Positions 7,912-17,545 of a stretch of DNA of 42,487 nucleotides are shown piece after piece; the first letter of the stretch is position 1, and each line of letters opens with the position of its first letter. Both the position numbers and the translations under genes were made by a program. This stretch comes from Nitrospiraceae bacterium (lineage in GTDB: Bacteria > Nitrospirota > Nitrospiria > Nitrospirales > Nitrospiraceae), in the NCBI GenBank assembly GCA_037442105.1, contig JBBIQV010000027.1, positions 1 through 42,487 on the forward strand, given 5' to 3'. The notes under the pieces are model-generated. The model was given only the letters and a program-made list of their open reading frames with translations, was not told the origin of the DNA and ran no database searches.

Positions 7912-8841
7912 TTATCGGTCCGGTCCGCGTTGTGGTTTCCTGTTGTCGTCCTTTCCCGGTTTCGAGTCCGTACGATGTGCCACCCCAATCACTGCGGGAA
8001 GCGGGATGTGGCGCGTGGCAGTTCCATCGACGTGCGGTTGCCAGGGCAACGATCCGCCAGCGCGCCGGATCAGATCGGAGCTAAGCAGGAGATCGGATGA
8101 AGACCCACCATCCATGGCCATCGCGTGCCGGAGAGACGGGATGCCGGTGCGCAGGCACTGGGCGAGTCCGTAGAGCGACACCACGTCGGTCGGCCTGATT
8201 ACCAAAATGCGTCCCTCCGCGTCCTCGGCCACCACCGTTTGATAGGCGCGTTTGGCCGATACACGAACCCGCGGTTTCCCCGTGCGGTCGAACAGCATGA
8301 GGGATTGCGCCGCCTCCCGATAGACCGGATGTTCTTCATGAAAGGGATCGACGGCCAGATCGAGCACACGGGCCTTCCGCACTCCCGGCTCGACCGGCTC
8401 AGCTACGAATAGGCCTTGCCATGCGTGGTGCCGCTTTCCCGCTAGAAGCCGCCCTCCTTTGACCAGTAGACCGAGATAGGAAAAATCCTCCCGAAAGAGG
8501 CCGGCGTTGAACAACAACGGCATGCCTGTATGTTGTTGCCATTCTTGGATCGTGAGCGGGCTGGGGAGTCCTTCATCCTGGTACTGATAGACCGCAAACC
8601 GGAATCGCTCAGGATCGATGCTAACCATGAGCAACGGTGGCACATCCTGGCATGCACTGTTCGGCTGCCAGATGGTGATCACCAAACCCTCTTGCAGAGT
8701 ATCCCACTGCGGGGCTTGGGTCGCCCCCGGCGTGATGGAAAACAGCCACGTTGCAGCACAGGCGAGGATCAATACGGAGACGGAGTGCGGCAGCCCGGGC
8801 GGGAGGCGGTGGCGCACGAGTGCATCGAACGCGGACGGCAT
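7912..8841 (-). CDS. Phosphodiester glycosidase (NAGPA-like) family protein
   Basis: FNAGLF and AMAMDGGSSS motifs; N-terminal hydrophobic segment. Confidence 0.75.
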   Translation of the reverse strand: MPSAFDALVRHRLPPGLPHSVSVLILACAATWLFSITPGATQAPQWDTLQEGLVITIWQPNSACQDVPPLLMVSIDPERFRFAVYQYQDEGLPSPLTIQEWQQHTGMPLLFNAGLFREDFSYLGLLVKGGRLLAGKRHHAWQGLFVAEPVEPGVRKARVLDLAVDPFHEEHPVYREAAQSLMLFDRTGKPRVRVSAKRAYQTVVAEDAEGRILVIRPTDVVSLYGLAQCLRTGIPSLRHAMAMDGGSSSDLLLSSDLIRRAGGSLPWQPHVDGTATRHIPLPAVIGVAHRTDSKPGKDDNRKPQRGPDR

Positions 8842-9021
8842 GGAAGGCCTCGTCGTGGCTGGCTCAACGCAGTATAGAGACGCGAGGACCGGAGCGTCAA
8901 TCGATGTTCATCGGGGGGTTATGGTCACTAGGATGGAACGACTGCTTGGGAATTCCACTGAGGTTGTCAGGGGGTCGTATTTCGAACGGGGGGCTGCGGA
9001 AGTCGCCGGCGAAATTTTGGC

Positions 9022-10596
9022 CTAAGCCGCACCCTGATCTAAGAGCTCGCGGACTATTTTCGCCAACGCCTCCGGTGTGAAGGGCTTCTGCAGAAATGCC
9101 GTCTGCCGGCCTTTGAGCCCCGTGCCAACCCCAACATCGTCGGTATAGCCGGAGATGAAGAGCACCTTCAGGTCCGGCTTGATTGCGAGTAGATGCTGGG
9201 CCACCTCCCGCCCGCTCATGCCAGGCAGGACGACGTCCGTCAGGAGCAGATGGAAGAGGCCGGCCTGTTGCGTGGCTAACAGGCAGGCTTCGATGCCGTT
9301 TTTGGCTTCAAGCACGCGATAGCCGAGTTTGCACAGTTCATCCCGGACCAGATCGCGAACACTGGGCTCGTCCTCGACGAGCAAGATCGTTTCCGTGCCG
9401 CGCACCGGCTGTCTTGACGGTGCCGTTCCCGCAGTAGCCTCCGCTTCAGAGTCGACGATGGGGAGGTAGATCTCGAATCTTGTGCCGAGTCCGACTCGGC
9501 TGGCCACGTCGATCCCTCCGCCGCTTTGCGTGACGATCCCGAAGACCGTCGAGAGTCCGAGCCCTGTCCCCTTGCCCTCTTCTTTCGTCGTGAAAAAAGG
9601 TTCGAAGAGATGAGACTGGGTGCTGGGGTCCATTCCGCAGCCCGTATCCGTCACCGAGAGTTTCATGTACGGGCCGGGCGGCAAAGGGCGCAGATGATAG
9701 ACGGGTGTGCGGGCCAACTCGACCCGACCTGTCTGGATCGTCAGCTTGCCACCCTGCGGCATAGCATCGCGCGCATTGACAACCAGGTTCATGATCACCT
9801 GTTCGAGCTGCGCCGGATCGGCCTTGATACGTCCTTCCTGGGGATGAAGGTGGATCGTGAACGCGATATCCTCTCCGATCAATCTCCGCAGCATCCCTTC
9901 AACGCTCGTGACCACGTTGTTGAGCGAAAGAACTTTAGGTTCCACCGCCTGCTTGCGGCTGAAAGCCAACAGTTGGCGGATTAACGCCGCAGCCCGGTCA
10001 CCGGCTTTTTGTGTTTCCTCAATCTTGCCGCGCAGGGGATGGTCCGGTCCCAGCTCGCTCAGAAGCACCTGGCTGTACCCCATGATGACTGTCAATAGAT
10101 TATTGAAGTCGTGGGCGAGCCCTCCCGCAAGTCGCCCGACCGCCTCCATCTTCTGCGCCTGACGGAACTGCTTCTCGCTTTGCTGTAACGCCTCCTCGGC
10201 CCGCTTCCGTTCCTGCCGCGCTTCCAGCTCTCGCATCGCCCGTTGCACAGAGGGCACGAGACGGCCCATCCGTTGCTTGAGGATGTAATCCGTCGCGCCA
10301 CGTAACATGCTGTCGATGGCCTGTTCTTCGCCGAGCGTGGCAGAGACGAAAATGAACGGCACCTCCGGTCTCAGATCGCGGGCGAGCGAGAGGGCACTGA
10401 TGCCGTCGAACGTCGGAAGAGAATAGTCGGCGAGAATCAGGTCATACTCGCCGTGCTTGAGCGCGGCGAGAAAATCGACGCGAGTCTCCACACGGCGCGC
10501 CCGGCAGGCGATGCCGCCCTCGGCCAATGTTGCTTGGATGAGCTCGGCGTCGAAGGGGTTATCTTCGAGATGCAGCAGACGGAGCGGCGTCTTCAC
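9022..10596 (-). CDS. Hybrid histidine kinase (REC-HisKA-HATPase-REC)
   Basis: LHLED...LADY receiver, GGLAHDFNN H-box, NLVVNARDAM, DTGCG, GTGLGL, C-terminal LLVED..LTD..QKP receiver. Confidence 0.95.
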   Translation of the reverse strand: MKTPLRLLHLEDNPFDAELIQATLAEGGIACRARRVETRVDFLAALKHGEYDLILADYSLPTFDGISALSLARDLRPEVPFIFVSATLGEEQAIDSMLRGATDYILKQRMGRLVPSVQRAMRELEARQERKRAEEALQQSEKQFRQAQKMEAVGRLAGGLAHDFNNLLTVIMGYSQVLLSELGPDHPLRGKIEETQKAGDRAAALIRQLLAFSRKQAVEPKVLSLNNVVTSVEGMLRRLIGEDIAFTIHLHPQEGRIKADPAQLEQVIMNLVVNARDAMPQGGKLTIQTGRVELARTPVYHLRPLPPGPYMKLSVTDTGCGMDPSTQSHLFEPFFTTKEEGKGTGLGLSTVFGIVTQSGGGIDVASRVGLGTRFEIYLPIVDSEAEATAGTAPSRQPVRGTETILLVEDEPSVRDLVRDELCKLGYRVLEAKNGIEACLLATQQAGLFHLLLTDVVLPGMSGREVAQHLLAIKPDLKVLFISGYTDDVGVGTGLKGRQTAFLQKPFTPEALAKIVRELLDQGAA

Positions 10597-10623
10597 CGGT
10601 GTCTTTTCGAGGGACCGCCGTCA

Positions 10624-11097
10624 TCAGCGCGAGCGCCAGCGGTCGGCGGCCGGTCCCAGCCCTTCCGGCGGAGGTTCGTTGATCAAGCCCCAGAACATGC
10701 TGGATTCTTTGACGGCGTTGAGGAACTCGTGAAACTCGACGGGCTTCACCACATAGGCGTTCACCCCCAGCGCATAGCTCTGGACAAGATCGCGTTCTTC
10801 GCGCGAGGAGGTCAGCATCACGACGGGAATCGGCTTCAGTTGGTCGTCTGCCTTGATCACGCGCAGGACCTCCAGCCCATCTACTTTGGGCATCTTGAGA
10901 TCAAGGAACACCACCGACGGGTTGCCGTGGAGGCGCGTCTTGAATCGGCCTCGACAGTAGAGATAGTCCAACACCTCGGCTCCGTCGTGGCACAGCACGA
11001 CCTTGTCCGCCAGGTGATGCTCTTCCATCGCCGCCAAAGCCAGCTCGGCATCGCGGGGGTTATCTTCGGCCAGCAGAATGGATTTCGTGACCGTCAT
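10624..11097 (-). CDS. Single-domain response regulator (Rcp1-like)
   Basis: LLAEDN, FLDLKMP, LTSS, YVVKP, FW motifs. Confidence 0.93.
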   Translation of the reverse strand: MTVTKSILLAEDNPRDAELALAAMEEHHLADKVVLCHDGAEVLDYLYCRGRFKTRLHGNPSVVFLDLKMPKVDGLEVLRVIKADDQLKPIPVVMLTSSREERDLVQSYALGVNAYVVKPVEFHEFLNAVKESSMFWGLINEPPPEGLGPAADRWRSR

Positions 11098-12641
11098 GGT
11101 GACACCGTCTGGATCGGCAAGGTGAAGAAGAAGGTCGCACCTTGGTCCAAGGCTCCTTCGGCCCAGGTTCGCCCACCGTGCCGGTGGATGATGCGCCGGA
11201 CGTTTGCGAGGCCGATGCCGGTGCCTTCGAACTCGTCGGCCCGGTGCAGCCGTTGAAAAACGCCGAAGAGTTTCGCCGCGTATTGCATATCGAATCCGAC
11301 TCCGTTGTCTCGGACGAACAGCACCGCTTCGGACGGGTTACTCTGATCGCACCCAATTTCGATCTTGGCCAAGGAGCGCGTGCTGGTGAACTTGACGGCG
11401 TTTCGGATCAGGTTCGCAAGAACCTGCCGTAGCATCGCCGGATCGCCCTGAACCTGCGGCAACGATCCGATTGTCCAGGAGATTGAGCGGCCTTGCAAGT
11501 CATGCCGCAAATCGTGCAACACGTTTTTCACCAACTGGTCTAGGTTCACCACAGTACGCAGCATTTCCTGCCGTCCCATCCGGGAGAACACCAGCAGATC
11601 GTCGATGAGTTGGCCCATCTGTTTGGCGGATTCGGAGATCGTCGAGAGATAACGCCGGGCCTTCTCATTGAGCGATGCCGAAGCGTTCTTTTCCAGCAAG
11701 GCCGCATACCCGTCAATGTGGCGAAGCGGCGCCCGGAGGTCGTGCGAGACAGAATAGCTGAAGGCCTCCAACTCCTTATTCGCTGCCTCGAGCAATTCCC
11801 CACGCCGCTGCAATTCCGCCGCGACCCGCCGCCGTTCCGTAATGTCATGGTGGATCAGATAATACACCGTGGCAAGAAGGACGAACAAAAGCAACGCTCC
11901 GATGCCGAGCAGCACGATCGTGGACCTCGTGCTGGACGTCGATTCCCCCACCCGCCGGCGCAGGGCTTGGTTTTCTTCAGCGGCCATGCGGGTGATGATC
12001 CCGTGAATGGCCTCGATCTGTTTCTTTGCAGCTCCCTCCAAGGCCATCTGACGCACCGCGCCATAGCCCTTGGTTTTACGCGCTGTAGTCGCGGATGACT
12101 CCGCAACGACTTGTTGGGTGATCAATCGTTCGAGCTCATCGACCAGAGCCTGTTGGTTGGGGACCCCGGTCGCCAATTCCTTCATATAGCGGATATACTC
12201 CGGCGCTCGTTCGGCGATGGTCCGATGGGACGCGAGGTAGATCTCTTCCCCGGTCACCAAATACCGGCGGTGGCCGCGTTCGGCATCGTCCAGGGCGACG
12301 CCGACCCCATCCAACAACTGGATCAACTCGTGGCTCTTTGCATCGAGCCGGCTGTTTTCAATCAGCACGGTCGTGTTCCGGTAGGACACGGCGCTGATGA
12401 CGAGGATGCCGAAGAACACGAGTCCGAATCCGGCGAGGACCCGATGCTCGATCGGCCATCGTGAACCATGACTCCACACCCCAAGAGGCCCCGGGCCATG
12501 GGCAGATGAATCGGGCTCATTTGTGGGTAGCGGAGGCACCGCGGAGGGCAGGGGCGCCCGCTCTTCGGAGACGGTTTTAACCGAGAATCCCTCCGGGGAA
12601 CTCTCTGTGGGAACAGGCATGACGGTTGGAGAACCAGACAT
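11094..12641 (-). CDS. CHASE3-domain membrane sensor histidine kinase (start uncertain)
   Basis: TM - DAERGHRRYLVTG (CHASE3) - TM - FSYSVSHDLRAPLR H-box, DNGVGF, FQRLH, GTGIGL. Confidence 0.9.
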   Translation of the reverse strand: MSGSPTVMPVPTESSPEGFSVKTVSEERAPLPSAVPPLPTNEPDSSAHGPGPLGVWSHGSRWPIEHRVLAGFGLVFFGILVISAVSYRNTTVLIENSRLDAKSHELIQLLDGVGVALDDAERGHRRYLVTGEEIYLASHRTIAERAPEYIRYMKELATGVPNQQALVDELERLITQQVVAESSATTARKTKGYGAVRQMALEGAAKKQIEAIHGIITRMAAEENQALRRRVGESTSSTRSTIVLLGIGALLLFVLLATVYYLIHHDITERRRVAAELQRRGELLEAANKELEAFSYSVSHDLRAPLRHIDGYAALLEKNASASLNEKARRYLSTISESAKQMGQLIDDLLVFSRMGRQEMLRTVVNLDQLVKNVLHDLRHDLQGRSISWTIGSLPQVQGDPAMLRQVLANLIRNAVKFTSTRSLAKIEIGCDQSNPSEAVLFVRDNGVGFDMQYAAKLFGVFQRLHRADEFEGTGIGLANVRRIIHRHGGRTWAEGALDQGATFFFTLPIQTVSP

Positions 12642-12732
12642 AGCGCCGACGGAAATGTACCGCTGCTTGGTCAAATGCTGCAAGTACAATTTTAGCAGAA
12701 GAAAATGCCCGTCCAGGGCTTGGTCCGAAGGA

Positions 12733-14229
12733 CTATCCGCCGAATGGCAGAACAGGCGGGATTACCGACGCGGAGGGACCGGCAAGGTGTGAAAACTTGA
12801 GCGTCGCAGCCACGACCCAGTCGATGAACGGCTGGGGATAGATGCCGATGATCAGGGTGCCGGCTAACCCCGCATAGAGGACAGCCCTCATGGGACCGGA
12901 AATGGTCAACGGAGTCGGGTCGTGCGGTTCGTTGATGTACATCTTCTTCACGACGACGAGATAGTAATACATGGAGATAACGATGTTGATCAGACCGACC
13001 GTGATAAGGGTGTACAAACCTTCGTTCATGGCTGCGACGAAGATGTAGAGTTTGCCGATGAATCCGGCTAGTGGAGGCACTCCTGCAAGGGACAAGAGGA
13101 AGACCAGCATGGCGAAGGCCAGGAACGGGGATCGCCGGTTCAGACCGTTGTAGTCGTCGATCTCGTCGCTGCCGATCAGGTTGCTCACGGCGATGACAAC
13201 CGCAAAGGCGCCGAGATTGGCGAAGAGATAGGTCAAGAGATAGAACAGAATCGCATCGCTTCCCATCTTGGTTCCGGACGCCAACCCAATCAGCACGTTG
13301 CCGATCTGAGCGATCCCGGAATAGGCCAGCAGGCGTTTGATGTTCCGTTGCGCGATGGCCACGATGTTCCCATAGGTCATCGAGAGGATCGAGGCGGCTA
13401 CCAGCAACAACACCCACGTGGGCTTGAAGGTGGCCAGGGCCACATAGAACATCCGCAACAGGATGGCGAACGCCGCCCCCTTTGGCGCAATCGATAAGAA
13501 GGCGGTCACCGGCGTCGGCGAGCCGTGATAGGTGTCGGGAATCCAGGAGTGAAACGGCACCGCGCCGATCTTGAACCCCAGGGCTGCGAAAACCAGCAGG
13601 AAGCCGATCACCAAACCCGGTGTCATGGTTGCGTTAGTCATGTCCGAGAAAACCAGCCTGCCTGTTTCGCCATAGACGAGACTGATCCCGTAGGCGAGCA
13701 GCCCGGCGGCAAAGACGCCGAGGATGAAGAACTTCAGACCCGCTTCGTTGGAGGCGACGTCCTCACGCAAGTACGCCACGAGCACATAGAAGCCGAAGGT
13801 CGAGAACTCCAGCGTGATGAAGACCGACAGGAGGTCGTTCGCCGAAGCCATGAACATCATCCCCAAGGCCGACATCACGACGAGGAAGTAATACTCGCCC
13901 TTGAAGAAGGTGAAACGGTGGACATAATCGATGGAGATGAGGACGATCAGGGTGGTCGCGCCGACGATAAACATCTTGAAGAACAGCGCCAGGCGATCCA
14001 ACACGAACATGTTCCCGAACAACTCACCGGACAGCTCGGTGAGGTCGAACCAGGCCAGAATCCCCAGCGTCACCACCAAGCCGGCGACGCTCAGATAGGC
14101 AAGCTGTTCCTGCCTGATGCGGGGGAACGAGAAATCGGCGATCAAGACCACACAGAGCCAGCAGGTCAAGAATATCTCCGGCAGAAGGAGCAGAAGATCG
14201 GAGCCGGACATGGTGAGCGAGAAGGTCAT
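12733..14229 (-). CDS. nuoN: NADH-quinone oxidoreductase subunit N
   Basis: EAGLKFF, GFKIGAVPFHSW.PD.Y.GSP, KRLLAYSGIA, SLAGVPP. Confidence 0.96.
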   Translation of the reverse strand: MTFSLTMSGSDLLLLLPEIFLTCWLCVVLIADFSFPRIRQEQLAYLSVAGLVVTLGILAWFDLTELSGELFGNMFVLDRLALFFKMFIVGATTLIVLISIDYVHRFTFFKGEYYFLVVMSALGMMFMASANDLLSVFITLEFSTFGFYVLVAYLREDVASNEAGLKFFILGVFAAGLLAYGISLVYGETGRLVFSDMTNATMTPGLVIGFLLVFAALGFKIGAVPFHSWIPDTYHGSPTPVTAFLSIAPKGAAFAILLRMFYVALATFKPTWVLLLVAASILSMTYGNIVAIAQRNIKRLLAYSGIAQIGNVLIGLASGTKMGSDAILFYLLTYLFANLGAFAVVIAVSNLIGSDEIDDYNGLNRRSPFLAFAMLVFLLSLAGVPPLAGFIGKLYIFVAAMNEGLYTLITVGLINIVISMYYYLVVVKKMYINEPHDPTPLTISGPMRAVLYAGLAGTLIIGIYPQPFIDWVVAATLKFSHLAGPSASVIPPVLPFGG

Positions 14230-15905
14230 CGTGTACCTGTAGAGCCGTCAGCTTTCAGCCGGTCAGCTGTCAGCTCAGGAGTGGTAACCTCCGTCGCCGC
14301 AAGCTGATGGCTGATGGCTGATGGCTGACTGCTGTCCTGAGCCAGCGGGACCACGTGGGTGATCCGCGCCACCAGCGGGTCCACGCCCGACCGGACGACG
14401 GAGTACAGATGCCCAGGAAAGATGCCGTAACCGATGCTAACCGCGATCATCAACAGCAGCGGGAGTCGGTCGATCGTTGCCACGGCGTCATGGGAGTGGC
14501 TGTATTTCTGATCCATCGGACCGTAGAACAGTCCTCGCATCATCTTGAAGAGATAGGCCATGGTCAGGACGATGCCGAGCATGGCGATAATGACCTGGAA
14601 CGGATACTTGTTCCAACTGCCGACGATGATCATGACCTCGGCAATGAAGTTCACGGTCCCCGGCATGCCGATCGAGGCCATACAGGCAACGATGAAACAG
14701 GCTGAGATGAACGGCATCCGGTTGGACAAGCCACCCAGCGATGGAATGTCTCTGCTGTGAGTCTGGTCATAGACCCACCCGGCCATAGCGAACAACATGC
14801 CCGTTGCCATCGCGTGGGCAAACATGTAGATCACCGCTCCGCTCAAACTAATGTAGTCCAGCGCCGCCATCCCAAGAAACACATAGCCCATATGGCTAGA
14901 GCTGGAATAGCCGATGACATACTTCGTATCCTTCGCGTAGAACGCCACGAAGCCGCCATAGATGATGCTGAAGATGCAGAGGACGGCCGCAATGGGCATC
15001 AACTCTCGGGTCGTGTCCGGCAAGATCTCGAAGGCGACGCGGATGATCGAGAAGTGGCCCAGCTTCATCAGCACGCCCGCATGCAACATGCTGGTGGCGG
15101 CCGGAGCGGCGGCGTGCCCTACCGGCGACCACGAATGCAGCGGCCAGAGCGGGGCGATCGAGGCGAAGCCGAAGAAGACCAAGATCCAGATGATCGTGGC
15201 CAACGTGCCGGTGAAGTGCGCCTTCTCGCGCAGCACGAGAATGTCGAAGGTGTTCAGGCCTGAGAACTTGTAGATAAGGAGAATGCCCATGAGGGCAAAA
15301 ACGGCTCCCGCGGAGAGGAACAGGGTCAATTTCATCGCCGCGTATTCTTTGCTGTTGGAGGCGAAGTTGAAGATAAAGCCGACCGAGTCTCGCTTCTTGA
15401 GGCCTTCCGGATCGGTCATTTCCAGATACTTCTTCGTGTGACTCCCCCAGATGCCGAGCAGCAGGTACATGGGGATGACCGACATCTCGTAGAAGAAGTA
15501 GAGGAAAAAGAGATCCAAGGACATGAAGACGCCGATCGTGGCGGCAGCCAGAATCAACAGGAAGATGTAGAACTCTTTCGTACGGTCCTTGATATGCCAG
15601 GAGATAAAGATGCCGGCGAACAGCAGGATGGCTGAGGCTAACACGAGCGGGGTACCGATGCCGTCGACCCCGACATAAAGGGCGATGCCGAGCTGTTTGG
15701 ACCATTCGTACCGCTGGACGAACTGGAACCCTCCCTTGACGGGATCGTAGGCATAAAACACGTAGAAAGAAGCCAACAGAGAAACAAAGGCCGATCCGGC
15801 TGCGACTCCGCGGACCAACAGTGCCTGACGATTCGGCACGAAAATCAGCGCAATGGCTCCGACGAATGGGGCAAAGAGGATATAAATGAGTGTGTACTCA
15901 GCCAT
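14226..15905 (-). CDS. nuoM: NADH-quinone oxidoreductase subunit M (second copy)
   Basis: GVDGI, FFYE, PLHSW, AGVLMKLG, MASIGMPGT..F.AE; start ATG 15905 or GTG 15914. Confidence 0.93.
   Translation of the reverse strand: MAEYTLIYILFAPFVGAIALIFVPNRQALLVRGVAAGSAFVSLLASFYVFYAYDPVKGGFQFVQRYEWSKQLGIALYVGVDGIGTPLVLASAILLFAGIFISWHIKDRTKEFYIFLLILAAATIGVFMSLDLFFLYFFYEMSVIPMYLLLGIWGSHTKKYLEMTDPEGLKKRDSVGFIFNFASNSKEYAAMKLTLFLSAGAVFALMGILLIYKFSGLNTFDILVLREKAHFTGTLATIIWILVFFGFASIAPLWPLHSWSPVGHAAAPAATSMLHAGVLMKLGHFSIIRVAFEILPDTTRELMPIAAVLCIFSIIYGGFVAFYAKDTKYVIGYSSSSHMGYVFLGMAALDYISLSGAVIYMFAHAMATGMLFAMAGWVYDQTHSRDIPSLGGLSNRMPFISACFIVACMASIGMPGTVNFIAEVMIIVGSWNKYPFQVIIAMLGIVLTMAYLFKMMRGLFYGPMDQKYSHSHDAVATIDRLPLLLMIAVSIGYGIFPGHLYSVVRSGVDPLVARITHVVPLAQDSSQPSAISHQLAATEVTTPELTADRLKADGSTGTR
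14243..14334. repeat. AGCNNTC/GCTGANN heptamer hairpin inside the nuoM 3' end
   Basis: AGCCGTC AGCTTTC AGCCGGTC AGCTGTC AGC ... GCTGATG x3 GCTGACT GCTG. Confidence 0.88.
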
Positions 15906-15910
15906 CTCGT

Positions 15911-17527
15911 TCACTCAAGGCTAGAGCCTCGTGGCCTCGGGCCAGAGACCAGTAGCTCCCCCTCGCCTCGCGCTTCGCGCCCCTCGGCGGGCGGGAGCGT
16001 CGCGACCGCCAAACCCCGATCCAGTCTTTCGACCAGGGCCTGAACCGAGCCATTCATCATGCGGAGAAACGGCGAGGGATAGAGCCCGATCCACAGAATC
16101 ATGATCGACAGCGACACGGCGATGACCAGCTCGCCCGGCCGCAGGTCGGCCAGCTTGTGCGTCAGATTCTTCGTCAAAGGGCCGAACATCGCGCGCTCGT
16201 AGTACCAGAGGAAGTAGGCCGCTCCGAAGATGACACCCGACACCGCGATCGCGCCATACCACCACTTGGCTTTGAAGGCGCCCAGCAGGATCAGGAACTC
16301 ACCGACGAATCCGTTGGTGCCGGGCAACCCGATCGACGCCAAGCCGATGATCAAGAAAAAGGTGGCGAGCAGAGGAACCTGTTGCGCCAGCCCGCCGAAT
16401 GCCGTCATCGAAGTCGTCTGTCGTCGGGAGTAGAGGAAGCCCGCAATGAAAAAGAGCCCGGCTGTGCTGAAGCCCAGATTGATCATCGTCAGGAGACTGC
16501 CCTGCAAGCCCTGGTAATTCAGCGCGAAGAGCCCCACCACGACGAACCCGAGGTGGCTGATGCTGCTGAAAGCCAAAAGCCGGCGGAAGTCCGGCTGGAT
16601 CAACGCCATAATCGCGCCATAGAGAATTGCGGCGAGACCGAGGAGCATCACAATCGTCACCACCGTCTCGCTCTTCGATGCCTCCGGCAACAGCGGGATG
16701 CTGAATCGCATGAAGCCGAAGGTACCGAGCTTCAGGCCTCCAAGCACAACTGCCATGCCGATAGGGCCTTCCATCAGCGCATCCGGGAGCCAAGTGTGGA
16801 ACGGGAACACCGGCGCCTTGAAAGCAAAGCCGAAGAAGATCAGCCAGAAGATCAGCACCTGCTGTTCGACCGGCACCGGCACCGCGAGCAGTTCCAGTAA
16901 GTCGAAGGAATAGGTTGGTTCGACTTGATGGGTGACGGCCCAGTTGTGGTAGTTGATGTTCAGCAGCGCAAAGCCAACCAGCATGAAGACGGACCCGAGC
17001 AGCGTGTACAGCACATACTTCAGCGCGGCATACTGGCGCTCGGCCCCTCCCCCCCACAACTTGATCAGGAAATAGCTGGGGATCAGCATCAGTTCCCAGA
17101 AGACGAAGAACAGGATCAGATCGATCGATACGAACACGCCGATCGTGGCCGTTTCCAAAGCAAGCAGAGCCATAAAATAGAGCTTGATCTGGCTGCGCAC
17201 CGTCTCCCACGAATAGACGACGATCAGCACCGTGAGAAAGGCGGTGAGTGCCACGAACAGCACGCTGATGCCGTCCACCGCGAGGTGGTAGCTGATGCCG
17301 AGCGGAGGAATCCACCGTGCACGTTCCACGAACTGCATGGCCGCGGAATCGGGGACGAAGCGCAGCAGCACGACGATGGCAAGGACGAGTTCCAACAACG
17401 AAATCCCCAACGCACCGGTCCGGACCATGTCTTCATCCTCGATCAGCCAGAGCACCGCCGCTCCGACCAGCGGGAGGAAAAGGAGGCAGGATAGAATGGG
17501 AAACCCGAAGGCGAATTCTTCCAACAT
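15911..17527 (-). CDS. nuoM: NADH-quinone oxidoreductase subunit M (first copy)
   Basis: AVDGIS, FFVFWE, FKAPVFPFHTWLPDA, LKLG, SISHLG, LASIGLPGTNGFVGE. Confidence 0.95.
   Translation of the reverse strand: MLEEFAFGFPILSCLLFLPLVGAAVLWLIEDEDMVRTGALGISLLELVLAIVVLLRFVPDSAAMQFVERARWIPPLGISYHLAVDGISVLFVALTAFLTVLIVVYSWETVRSQIKLYFMALLALETATIGVFVSIDLILFFVFWELMLIPSYFLIKLWGGGAERQYAALKYVLYTLLGSVFMLVGFALLNINYHNWAVTHQVEPTYSFDLLELLAVPVPVEQQVLIFWLIFFGFAFKAPVFPFHTWLPDALMEGPIGMAVVLGGLKLGTFGFMRFSIPLLPEASKSETVVTIVMLLGLAAILYGAIMALIQPDFRRLLAFSSISHLGFVVVGLFALNYQGLQGSLLTMINLGFSTAGLFFIAGFLYSRRQTTSMTAFGGLAQQVPLLATFFLIIGLASIGLPGTNGFVGEFLILLGAFKAKWWYGAIAVSGVIFGAAYFLWYYERAMFGPLTKNLTHKLADLRPGELVIAVSLSIMILWIGLYPSPFLRMMNGSVQALVERLDRGLAVATLPPAEGREARGEGELLVSGPRPRGSSLE
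15960..15987. repeat. Degenerate 4x7-bp tandem repeat inside the nuoM 3' end
   Basis: CCCTCGC CTCGCGC TTCGCGC CCCTCGG, encoding the EGREARGEG tail. Confidence 0.5.
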
Positions 17528-17545
17528 CGATAACCTGTATGCCTC

